IMG/VR virus record: IMGVR_UViG_3300004258_000004
Coordinates: 1 to 33,333 of that record
Strand: one strand, 5' to 3'
DNA: 33,333 nucleotides
Origin: a virus
Taxonomy: Duplodnaviria > Caudoviricetes
Shown here one piece after another: positions 16,859 to 25,376 of the stretch. A program made the position numbers and the translations under genes. How positions within the stretch are numbered: the first letter of the stretch is position 1; each line of letters starts with the position of its first letter. The notes beneath the pieces were generated by a model. That model was given only the letters and a program-made list of their open reading frames with translations, did no database searches and was not told where the DNA came from.

Positions 16859-16880
16859 AGCCGCCTTTTGGTGGTTTTTT
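16859..16880 (+). terminator. Intrinsic terminator
   Basis: AGCCGCC-TTTT-GGTGGTT followed by a T-run. Confidence 0.7.
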
Positions 16881-16898
16881 ACGTCATAAAGGTAACGC

Positions 16899-17177
16899 AT
16901 GGACAAAATAGAGCAAGCGATATTACGTGCAAGCCAAGCCGAGCAGCTATTAGCTAACCCGCTATTCGACTTAGCCTTCACAGATACTCGCTCCGCCGTA
17001 TTGGAAGCGCTAGCAAGCCTCCCAGACGTGCGTAATGAGCATGCACAAGACCTGCACAGGATGATTAAGTGCTTGGATAAGGTAAAGCAAGTCATCGAGA
17101 CGCATATTGACACCGGGAAGATCGCACAGAAGCAGCTTGAGCGACCTTCGACACTACGACGAATACTAGGAACCTAA
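16899..17177 (+). CDS. Small head-module protein
   Basis: RA.QAEQLL.NPLF...I.TGK.A pattern recalled from the pre-scaffold position in podophages. Confidence 0.75.
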   Translation: MDKIEQAILRASQAEQLLANPLFDLAFTDTRSAVLEALASLPDVRNEHAQDLHRMIKCLDKVKQVIETHIDTGKIAQKQLERPSTLRRILGT

Positions 17178-17185
17178 TTACAACC

Positions 17186-17207
17186 AACCCGCTACGGCGG
17201 GTTTTTT
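17186..17207 (+). terminator. Intrinsic terminator
   Basis: AACCCGC-TACG-GCGGGTT followed by a T-run. Confidence 0.8.
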
Positions 17208-17240
17208 ATTGCCCATTTTTTCACAGTTGGAGTTTTAAAC

Positions 17241-18194
17241 ATGGAACAAGAGCAGAACCAAACTCAGGAACTCGAACAATCGAATACTCCTGACGCAGGA
17301 AGCTTAGACGAAGACCAGGCAGCAGAAGCGTTTGGCAAATTGGATGGTGAAGTAGAGGAAACAGCACAAGAACAGCAGGCAGAGGACGAGTCTACCGACG
17401 AGGAATCCACTGAGGAATCAGAGGAAGAACCAGCCGAGGAAGATGATGAACCTGAACTGGTGAATGTGGAGTTTGACGGCAAGGAATACCAGGTGCCGCC
17501 TGAGCTTGAAAAAGCCCTTTTACGCCAAGCCGATTACAGCAAGAAGACTCAGGAACTTGCAAAAGTTCAGGAGCAAGCGGCAACCGTACAGAAGTCAGCA
17601 ACAGAGATGTTCGAGGCTAGCCAGCAATATGCTGAAAACCTCGCTGTCGTCCTGTTGCATGAAGACCGTGTCAAGCAATTAGAAGCTCTTGATTGGGCCG
17701 ATTTGCGCACGAAAAACCCAGCTGAGTACGCAGCATTAGCCGCCGACTTGATGACCGCCAAAACGCAATTGAACGAGCAAGTGGCATCCCTGCAAGGCAT
17801 TAAGGGAAAGATCACCGCAGCACAGCAAGAACAACTCAACACCAAGCGTGCCGAACTTAACGATTACTTGAAAAAGAACGTGACTGGATGGGGAGAAAAG
17901 CTTGGCACTGAGTTGACAGCTTATGCGGTTGATAAAGGCTACAAGTTTGATGAAATAGCAACAATTACCGATCCGCGTTGGGCTGAATTGGCGATTAAAG
18001 CCATGAAGTACGACAAGTTGCAGGATTCCAAGCCTGGACTTAAAGACAAAGTTAAAGACGCTCCCAAGGTGCTTAAACCTGGCACCGTTCCAAAGAAGGT
18101 TAGCAACAAAGACACCGCATTTACCCATTTACGCAAGACAGGCTCAGACAGCGCCGCAGAGGCAGCTTTTGCAGCCATTGAACGAGGAAAATAA
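17241..18194 (+). CDS. Capsid scaffolding protein
   Basis: Acidic N-terminus, V.FDGKE..V...LRQADYSKKTQELA motif, coiled coil, precedes the capsid gene. Confidence 0.88.
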   Translation: MEQEQNQTQELEQSNTPDAGSLDEDQAAEAFGKLDGEVEETAQEQQAEDESTDEESTEESEEEPAEEDDEPELVNVEFDGKEYQVPPELEKALLRQADYSKKTQELAKVQEQAATVQKSATEMFEASQQYAENLAVVLLHEDRVKQLEALDWADLRTKNPAEYAALAADLMTAKTQLNEQVASLQGIKGKITAAQQEQLNTKRAELNDYLKKNVTGWGEKLGTELTAYAVDKGYKFDEIATITDPRWAELAIKAMKYDKLQDSKPGLKDKVKDAPKVLKPGTVPKKVSNKDTAFTHLRKTGSDSAAEAAFAAIERGK

Positions 18195-18196
18195 TC

Positions 18197-19195
18197 ATGT
18201 TTAAGCATTTCAATCTATTACGGTTGATCGAGTCATTTACCCTGATGGCCGTACCAACCAACACGCTGCAAACTTACCAATCAACCTACAACGCTGAAGA
18301 TGTTAGCAACATCATCATGAACGTTTCGCCTTTCGATACCCCATTACTGACAATGGCAAAGAACGGCAAAGCCGAAGCCACTTACACAGAATGGCCCGTT
18401 GAATCTCTGGCTGCTGTTGATACATCCAATGCCAACATCGAAGGTGATGACGCAACGATTGATGTATCAGGCACTCCTGCTCGTGTTGGTAACTATTGCC
18501 AGTTGTTCGACAAGACTGCATCCGTTACTACTACACAAAATGCCATCAAGAAATACGGCGCTACCAATGAAATGAATCGCCAGAAGGTGAAAAAGTCCAA
18601 AGAGCTGAAACGCGACATTGAGACTACCTTCTTCCTGAATCAGGCACGTGTTGTTGGTTTGGCTGGCACTGCCCAAAAGATGCGCTCACTTCCTTCATGG
18701 TATGTGACCAACGTTTCTCGCGGTGCAGGTGGCGCTAACGGTTCGGCAACTGCTGCTGCAACTGACGGCACACAACGCAATTTCACAGAAACATTGTTTA
18801 AAAACGTGATCGTATCGTGCGCTACCAATGCTAACGATATGCCTACCACTGTATTTGCTGGCCCAGCTAACCGCGCCAACATCTCCAGCCAATTGTCCGG
18901 CAACAGCACACGTTTCTATGAGCTGAAAGACGGTCAGTTGAATGCCTCTATTTCTGTGTATCGATCAGACTACGGCCCACTGAAGATTGTGATGGATCGT
19001 TTCCAGCGTGAGCGTGATATGCACTTCATCAACCCTGACTACATCGAAGTCCGCACCTTGGAGCCAATGCAGTATCAAGACCTGGCTGTTACCGGCCTGT
19101 CACAAAAGGGTCAGTTCTGGACAAACCTTACATTAGGCGTGTTGGCAGAATCGGCACATGGCGTATTGGCTGACTTGACCACGACAGTCCTTTAA
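18197..19195 (+). CDS. Major capsid protein (DUF5309/SU10-like)
   Basis: ED.S.II.NVSP.DTP...EW..ESL...EGDDA...GNYCQ...KELKRDIE...YRSDYG. Confidence 0.92.
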   Translation: MFKHFNLLRLIESFTLMAVPTNTLQTYQSTYNAEDVSNIIMNVSPFDTPLLTMAKNGKAEATYTEWPVESLAAVDTSNANIEGDDATIDVSGTPARVGNYCQLFDKTASVTTTQNAIKKYGATNEMNRQKVKKSKELKRDIETTFFLNQARVVGLAGTAQKMRSLPSWYVTNVSRGAGGANGSATAAATDGTQRNFTETLFKNVIVSCATNANDMPTTVFAGPANRANISSQLSGNSTRFYELKDGQLNASISVYRSDYGPLKIVMDRFQRERDMHFINPDYIEVRTLEPMQYQDLAVTGLSQKGQFWTNLTLGVLAESAHGVLADLTTTVL

Positions 19196-19213
19196 TCGGC
19201 AGTTAGCACAAAC

Positions 19214-19241
19214 AGGCTGGCCTTCGGGCTGGCCTTTTTTT
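19214..19241 (+). terminator. Terminator after the capsid gene
   Basis: AGGCTGGCC-TTCG-GGCTGGCCT followed by a T-run. Confidence 0.85.
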
Positions 19242-19254
19242 ATGAGGAAATATC

Positions 19255-19683
19255 ATGACAATCAACGTTAAACAAGACGGTGACGGTTCGGCTGGTTTGG
19301 TCGGCGTGGATGGCGGTTATGGCGAGTTTGTGAATGTGAATATTGAATACAACGCGGCATCTGTAGACAAAACAGCATTTATTGCAACCCGCTCATACAT
19401 CGTTCGTTCAATCATCGGTCGGCCCACAGTAATAGGCTCTGACGGCGGCGCGGTCACTGCTGCCATCAAGAAAGCTGCATCCGGCACTGCAATCGCTTCA
19501 GGTACAGCAGTGCATAGCGGCACATACGACCTAAAAGGCACGGCTTCCACTAACCAATCACTAACTCTATCAACCACAGCAGGCGATTTAATAATCCCGG
19601 CAGGCACAGCATTAGGCGTTGACTTTACTGGCACGCTTACCGCCGCTACTGGCGTTATTACCATCGGCCTAGTCCCTCTGTAA
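19255..19683 (+). CDS. Putative capsid decoration protein
   Basis: G/T/A-rich beta protein after the MCP; GAGGA SD. Confidence 0.6.
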   Translation: MTINVKQDGDGSAGLVGVDGGYGEFVNVNIEYNAASVDKTAFIATRSYIVRSIIGRPTVIGSDGGAVTAAIKKAASGTAIASGTAVHSGTYDLKGTASTNQSLTLSTTAGDLIIPAGTALGVDFTGTLTAATGVITIGLVPL

Positions 19684-19718
19684 ACCAAATGCCCTTCGGG
19701 GCTTCATGGAGCTTGTAA

Positions 19719-20069
19719 ATGGCCGAAAGAATACACGTTGGCGGCATCACTGACACGGTAATGACATTCGAGAATGACGGCACTATCTTCGTCGAGGATA
19801 AGCAGGACGCAGCTGGAATCCTTGAATATACAAAGGCTTGCCGCGATAACCGCTATTCAGGCATGTCGTCTGATGGTGATATGACACACGTTGCCGAAAT
19901 ACCTATGACGCTGATGATGGAATGGTCGCGTCAGCACGGCAACATGAACATATTCAGCAATGAGTTCAGCATCATCATGGAAAAGAAGCTGCAAGACCCG
20001 CAATACGCCTATCTATTGGCGGCTCCTAAGCTCAATGACGCACATATCATCATGAAGGGCATCAAGTGA
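19719..20069 (+). CDS. Hypothetical morphogenesis-region protein
   Basis: GGAG SD; QD...IL...HVAEIP motif; operon context. Confidence 0.7.
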   Translation: MAERIHVGGITDTVMTFENDGTIFVEDKQDAAGILEYTKACRDNRYSGMSSDGDMTHVAEIPMTLMMEWSRQHGNMNIFSNEFSIIMEKKLQDPQYAYLLAAPKLNDAHIIMKGIK

Positions 20070-20698
20070 TTACCTCATTTGCTGGCTTTCTAAATCGCAT
20101 AGTCCAACTTCTGGACGGTGAAGATGTTGCAGGGACGGTGCTTGACTCGGACACGCTCAGAACGATTGCCCGCATGGGTGAGTTGCGCGTGTATCGCGAT
20201 GTGGAGTCGCGTTTCAACCAGAAAGCATTTTCCGCATTAACGAGCCTGAATAACGCAGTGTCTATTCCCGCTGACTTGTCCAAAGTTACCAAGATATGGA
20301 CAGACGGCAAGCCACTGGAAGCCGTCACAGAAGAATTTTTACGCAATGAAAATGACTATCAGCGCTCAGGAGATTGCAAATACTTCGCCACGGCTGGCAA
20401 TCAGTTGATTTTCTCGCCTCCATTGACGGATGGCACTGCGATTAATGGCCGCTATCAGTATCGCATGGAGCCATTGGAAACCGCTTGGCCTAATGCCTTC
20501 TTTACTGCATACGAAGACCTGTTTGTTTATGCCGCTTTAGTCGAAGGTGAGCCATTTTACGGGGCGTTGCCAGAAAAGTTGGCTTTATGGACGCAGCGCT
20601 ACCTTGATATCAAGAATTCAATCGAGTATGACGAGCGCAATATTGCTTATAACGCATCATCTATCCGCGTTCGGCCTAGCGTTAGGGTGCTGCGTTGA
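20066..20698 (+). CDS. Head-tail adaptor/connector protein
   Basis: Position before the gp10-like gene; ITSFAGF...E.RVYRD...DLFVYAALVE.EPF adaptor pattern. Confidence 0.75.
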   Translation: MITSFAGFLNRIVQLLDGEDVAGTVLDSDTLRTIARMGELRVYRDVESRFNQKAFSALTSLNNAVSIPADLSKVTKIWTDGKPLEAVTEEFLRNENDYQRSGDCKYFATAGNQLIFSPPLTDGTAINGRYQYRMEPLETAWPNAFFTAYEDLFVYAALVEGEPFYGALPEKLALWTQRYLDIKNSIEYDERNIAYNASSIRVRPSVRVLR

Positions 20699-22320
20699 AA
20701 AAAGTATCTCTATGGGGCATTGGCGAGCAAGCGAAAAGCCCAAATGTCTCTAAAGTACATCGCTTGAACATGTACCTTGAGTTCACGCCACAGCTTAAAG
20801 AAGACAAGACGCTAGTTACCGCTTATGGAACACCAGGCTTATCATCCCCATTCGTAAATTTTGGCGATACGCCTGTTCGTGGCAGCTATGAGAAGGGCGA
20901 TTACGCCTATTTCGTTCATCGTGGAGTGCTGTGGCGTGTAGATAACGCCGGGAATAAAACCTCTCTAGGATTGCTGGAAACTTCAGTAGGCAATGTGTCT
21001 TTCAGTGATAACGGCGTACAGATAGCTATTGTTGATGGCTATGGGCTTTATATATACAACACGTCACCCGCTGTTCCTGCTGTTATTAGTTCAAGCACGA
21101 ACGTTGGAACTACGGCCACAGTAAACACTGCTACTGCATATAACCTGAATGACGGACAAAGCATCACCCGCACAGGGGCATCTCCTTCTGCCTATAACGG
21201 CACATTTAACATTGCTCAGGTTGATACAGATACTTTCACCTACACGATGCTATCTGATCCTGGCGGCCCAGCTACGGTTCAAGGCACATACACAGTCAAC
21301 GCATTCCAGAAGGTTGAATTAGGAACTGTAAGACCACAATCCATTACTTTCTTAGCTGGTTATTTTGTTGCATCGATACTCAACTCCGGGCGCTATTACA
21401 TATCTGGAATTTATAACGGGCTATCTTGGCCTTCGCTTGATTTTGCTAACGCAGAATCAAACCCTGACGATTTGATTTCTGTCATAGCCGAGAACGGACA
21501 ATTAAAGCTGTTCGGGCAAAAGACCACTGAATTCCACGGAGTATCAGGAGGGCAAGAGTTCCCATTTTCTGCTATTCAAGGTTCTGCTATCGAGTGGGGT
21601 CTAGCGGCTAGGTTCTCGCTATCAAAATCAGACAACTCGCTGATGTTCTTAGGCCGCAATCGTGAAGGCGAGGTGAAGGTAATCAGCTTGCAAGGCTATG
21701 CGCCTGTTGATGTGACTGGCACTGATATGGCGCACATATTCAACGATGGTAACGAAGTGAGCGATGCAACGGCCTTCAGCTACATGCAAGATGCGCACTC
21801 CATGTACCAGATCACATTCCCGACAATGGGGGAGACATGGCTTTATGACAGCTCAACAGGCGCATGGTCGCAGTTGCAAAGCAACGGTATCAGCCGCCAT
21901 CGCGCAGAGACTTACACTCAATACATCAATCGCCGCCTAGTAAGCGACTACGAGAACGGGAACGTCTATTTCCTTGATAAAAACGTTTCCACCGACAACG
22001 GAGAAATGATTGCCCGCAGATTGACAGGGAGGCATATCAACAACAGCGGCGAGATGTTGGCACTGAGCAAGTTGCAGATAGAGATGGAAACAGGTAAAGG
22101 GCTGGCGACGGGCCAAGGCTCCGACCCTGTAGCACTACTCAGAATCAGCCGCGATAACGGTCATACATGGGGCAATCAGCGCCGGATAGGGCTTGGGAAA
22201 ATCGGGGAATACAGGACTCGTGCTATAGCAAATCGATTGGGCCGTGGGCGTGACTTTGTATTTGAGTTAACTATTACCGACCCTATTCAGGTAGCCATTA
22301 CAGGAGCTTACCTGCAATGA
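20695..22320 (+). CDS. Packaged DNA stabilization / tail hub protein (P22 gp10-like)
   Basis: GTPGL, DNGVQIAIVDG, LDFANAESNPD, SRDNGHTWGN...GKIGEY.TR...RLG.GR motifs. Confidence 0.9.
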   Translation: MKKVSLWGIGEQAKSPNVSKVHRLNMYLEFTPQLKEDKTLVTAYGTPGLSSPFVNFGDTPVRGSYEKGDYAYFVHRGVLWRVDNAGNKTSLGLLETSVGNVSFSDNGVQIAIVDGYGLYIYNTSPAVPAVISSSTNVGTTATVNTATAYNLNDGQSITRTGASPSAYNGTFNIAQVDTDTFTYTMLSDPGGPATVQGTYTVNAFQKVELGTVRPQSITFLAGYFVASILNSGRYYISGIYNGLSWPSLDFANAESNPDDLISVIAENGQLKLFGQKTTEFHGVSGGQEFPFSAIQGSAIEWGLAARFSLSKSDNSLMFLGRNREGEVKVISLQGYAPVDVTGTDMAHIFNDGNEVSDATAFSYMQDAHSMYQITFPTMGETWLYDSSTGAWSQLQSNGISRHRAETYTQYINRRLVSDYENGNVYFLDKNVSTDNGEMIARRLTGRHINNSGEMLALSKLQIEMETGKGLATGQGSDPVALLRISRDNGHTWGNQRRIGLGKIGEYRTRAIANRLGRGRDFVFELTITDPIQVAITGAYLQ

Positions 22321-22541
22321 GCATGATAGACCCACCATCAACCAATATCGGGCTTGAATGGTGGAATAAAGCCTATGTGCTGTTATTCGCTATACAAGAA
22401 TCTGGCTTGTCTGCTGATCGCCCGACAAGGAACCTTTATGTGGGGCGTACTTATTACGCAACCGACTTGGGATATCACATTAGCTTCCATGCATTAGGCA
22501 CTCCCAATGTTTGGCATAAGCCTGATGGCACTTCGGTATGA
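22317..22541 (+). CDS. Small virion-module protein
   Basis: ATGA overlaps on both sides; SG.SADRPT..L.VG..YY.TDLG...W...DG. Confidence 0.7.
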   Translation: MSMIDPPSTNIGLEWWNKAYVLLFAIQESGLSADRPTRNLYVGRTYYATDLGYHISFHALGTPNVWHKPDGTSV

Positions 22542-22945
22542 AGACCGAGGCGCGTTTTGACAGGGATGCATTAGATGCAATGTATGAGGCATCCAATCAA
22601 GTGCCTTGCATAGCGGAGAAGCTTAAAGGCGTTAGTTTGGAGCAGTTCAAGGCCTCCCTATCAGGCCACGCAATACTAGGCTTCTATCGCGGTGAAAAGT
22701 GCATAGGCGGCTGCATATACAAGGACAGCCAAGGCCATATATCAATATTAGACGGATATAAGCGGCTGTGGTGCAACAAAGAGACCATGAAAGCTTTCTG
22801 GGAGCTATGGACGCGAGATGGGCCAAATGTATTTACATGGGCGGATATGAGAAACCACGAAGGTATTAACTTTTTAGAAAAACTCGGATTAAAGCCAACC
22901 GAACGCAAAGGCTTGTTAGTTAAGTACGAGGGCTACCATGTTTAA
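22538..22945 (+). CDS. GNAT-fold-like assembly protein (P22 gp14 position)
   Basis: N.EGINFLEKLGLK acetyltransferase-like motif; position before the ejection proteins. Confidence 0.6.
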   Translation: MKTEARFDRDALDAMYEASNQVPCIAEKLKGVSLEQFKASLSGHAILGFYRGEKCIGGCIYKDSQGHISILDGYKRLWCNKETMKAFWELWTRDGPNVFTWADMRNHEGINFLEKLGLKPTERKGLLVKYEGYHV

Positions 22946-23969
22946 CAATAAATTCAACCCATTAATTCAGCACCCAGGCTACAACGACATGGGGACGGCT
23001 GTCACCGCAGGCGTAAGCATCGTTGGCGGCATGATGGGCGATGATGCTGCTCAAGACTCGGGTGGGGCCGCTAATGCTGGGCTTGCAATGGGGATAGAAG
23101 AACTAAGAAACACTGACGCACGCACCCTTGGGCAAACTCAGCCATATCGAGACTTTGGCGCTGGGGCTGTCAACAAGCTGTCTTACCTATTGGGCATCAC
23201 CGACCCTACATCGCAAGGCCAATATAACGCTAAATATGGAACATTGGTAGACACTACAACAGGAATACCAAAGCCAAACATGGCGCTATATTCATCCGAC
23301 CCAGCCTACAAATCTGCATGGGATGAGTTCCAGCAGATGAACTATGACAAGTATAAATACACCCGTGCGGGTGGCGGCGCATACACCAAAGATTCGGACT
23401 CTACACAGATTGACAGATTCATTCGCTCAAAACTTCCTGGCGCTGACTCTTTCTCTCCATTAGATACCGCAGACAGTCAATACGGCTCATTAATGAAGAA
23501 GTTTGATCAAAGCGATTTGAATAATGATGTTGTATACCAATCTGGGCTTAAGTTTGGCTTAGATAACGGCAATAAAGCGATTAACAATCGCGCATTAGCT
23601 ACTGGCAAGTTTGACTCTGGCGAATCAGAAAAGGCGCTAACAAAGTGGGGCAATGACTACGGAAGCACCAAAGCTAATGAGTCTTACGGCAGATTCATGA
23701 ATGACAAGGCCAGCACCTACGGAATGCTATCTGGTGGCGTTCAAACAGGGCAAAACGCCGTCAATACATCTGCTCAATCAGGACAGGCTATAGGGACAGC
23801 AATTGCAGGCGCACAGGGACAGATTGGCGCTAATAATGCAGCGGCAACTATGGGAAGTGCCAATGCATGGAGTGGTGCATTGGGTGGACTTGGCAATGCG
23901 TTCGGAGATTGGTGGAGCAAGGGCCAGCAAGCGCCTGGATATTCCAGCATCCCATCTTACACCTTCTAA
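22938..23969 (+). CDS. DNA ejection protein (P22 gp7-like)
   Basis: G/A/Q/N-rich, PYR.FG.GA..L, YQ..L..G..AI...A.A.G...SG...KAL motifs. Confidence 0.8.
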   Translation: MFNNKFNPLIQHPGYNDMGTAVTAGVSIVGGMMGDDAAQDSGGAANAGLAMGIEELRNTDARTLGQTQPYRDFGAGAVNKLSYLLGITDPTSQGQYNAKYGTLVDTTTGIPKPNMALYSSDPAYKSAWDEFQQMNYDKYKYTRAGGGAYTKDSDSTQIDRFIRSKLPGADSFSPLDTADSQYGSLMKKFDQSDLNNDVVYQSGLKFGLDNGNKAINNRALATGKFDSGESEKALTKWGNDYGSTKANESYGRFMNDKASTYGMLSGGVQTGQNAVNTSAQSGQAIGTAIAGAQGQIGANNAAATMGSANAWSGALGGLGNAFGDWWSKGQQAPGYSSIPSYTF

Positions 23970-23978
23970 GGATAAATC

Positions 23979-25376
23979 ATGGTAGACGCAACACAAGCAA
24001 TCTTAGGGTTTCAAGCGCCGAAGGTTAAATCCGCCTTTGAACGCAGCCAAGAGCAGCAACAAAACGCGCTAGGACAGATGCAGCTACAAAATGCATTCGA
24101 GTCACGACAAGCTAGTCAGCGCGCATTGCAGGAAGATACCGAAGCGAAAACGGCTTATCAGGAATCGGGAGGAGATTTAGCCAAGGCACGCGAGCTTTTA
24201 TATGGCAAAGGGCTATACAAACAAGGGGCTGTAGTGGACAAGCAAATAGCTGATGGCACTAAAACTAAAGCAGAAACCTATAGCAAGCAACTAGAAAGCG
24301 CAAAGAAGCATAATGAGCTATTTGGGCAAGTATTTGGCTATGTTAGCCAAAACGCCACTCCAGAGAATGCAAAACAGCTAGCATTGCAAGGGCTGGAGCA
24401 GCTCCGCCAAAGTGGAGCATTGCCAGATGCGGATTACCAGAAAGCCATTCAGACTATGCCGGAAGACCCAGCACAGATAAAGGCATTGGCAACGCAATAC
24501 TTCCAGTCCGCATTGGATGCTAAAGACCAGCTGTCGAAATATGAGACTCGCAACACTGGCGGCTCTACAGATACCGTTGCAATAAGCCCTGTAAGCGGCC
24601 AGGTCAAGGTAGTCAACAGCGTTAATAATACTCAAAGCCCAGATTCTGTTGCCTCTATTTCAAACAACAACACGCAGAAGCAGCTTGATCGCGATAACGC
24701 TATTACCGTAGCTGGAATCCGCAAATCAGGCGAAAGCACAGGCAGTAAAGCGCCATCAGGCTATCAATTCAATCCTGACGGCTCACTATCTCCTATTAAA
24801 GGTGGCCCAGCGGATAAAGCTTCTGGGGCTGGCGGGAAGCCATTGCCTACTGCTGCATTGAAACTTCAGCAGGAAGAGCTTGATGCTATTGGCACTGCGG
24901 CAAGTATTAATGCTGATTTGGGCGCAGTTCAGAAGCAGATAGATAGTGGAAAGCTAAAGTTTGGACTTGTTGACAATATCGTTAATGGGGTTCGCAACAA
25001 GGCCGGAATTTCTAGCGAAGAAAGCCGCAATTTTGGCTCATTCAAAACCACTATGGAACGGCTTCGCAATGATTCACTTCGCTTAAACAAGGGCGTTCAG
25101 ACTGATGGCGATGCACAAAGGGCATGGAATGAGCTGTTCGACAACATCAACGATCAGGGCGTAGTCAAGCAGCGGTTACAGGAAATTCAGCGATTAAATT
25201 CGCGCGCGGTCAACCTCCGCAAAATGAACATCGACGGAATTCGCTCAAACTATGGCAAAGACCCAATAGACACAACTGGCTATGAGGATCAGCCATCGTC
25301 CCTTGGCACTACTTCTACAAAGCCAACTGGCAAAGTCAAATCTGCTGCTGATTTCCTTAAAAAGAATGGCCTATAA
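23979..25376 (+). CDS. DNA ejection protein (gp20 position)
   Basis: Q/A-rich helical protein with APSGYQF..DGSL.PIKGGPAD and GVQTDGDA motifs; gene order. Confidence 0.7.
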   Translation: MVDATQAILGFQAPKVKSAFERSQEQQQNALGQMQLQNAFESRQASQRALQEDTEAKTAYQESGGDLAKARELLYGKGLYKQGAVVDKQIADGTKTKAETYSKQLESAKKHNELFGQVFGYVSQNATPENAKQLALQGLEQLRQSGALPDADYQKAIQTMPEDPAQIKALATQYFQSALDAKDQLSKYETRNTGGSTDTVAISPVSGQVKVVNSVNNTQSPDSVASISNNNTQKQLDRDNAITVAGIRKSGESTGSKAPSGYQFNPDGSLSPIKGGPADKASGAGGKPLPTAALKLQQEELDAIGTAASINADLGAVQKQIDSGKLKFGLVDNIVNGVRNKAGISSEESRNFGSFKTTMERLRNDSLRLNKGVQTDGDAQRAWNELFDNINDQGVVKQRLQEIQRLNSRAVNLRKMNIDGIRSNYGKDPIDTTGYEDQPSSLGTTSTKPTGKVKSAADFLKKNGL

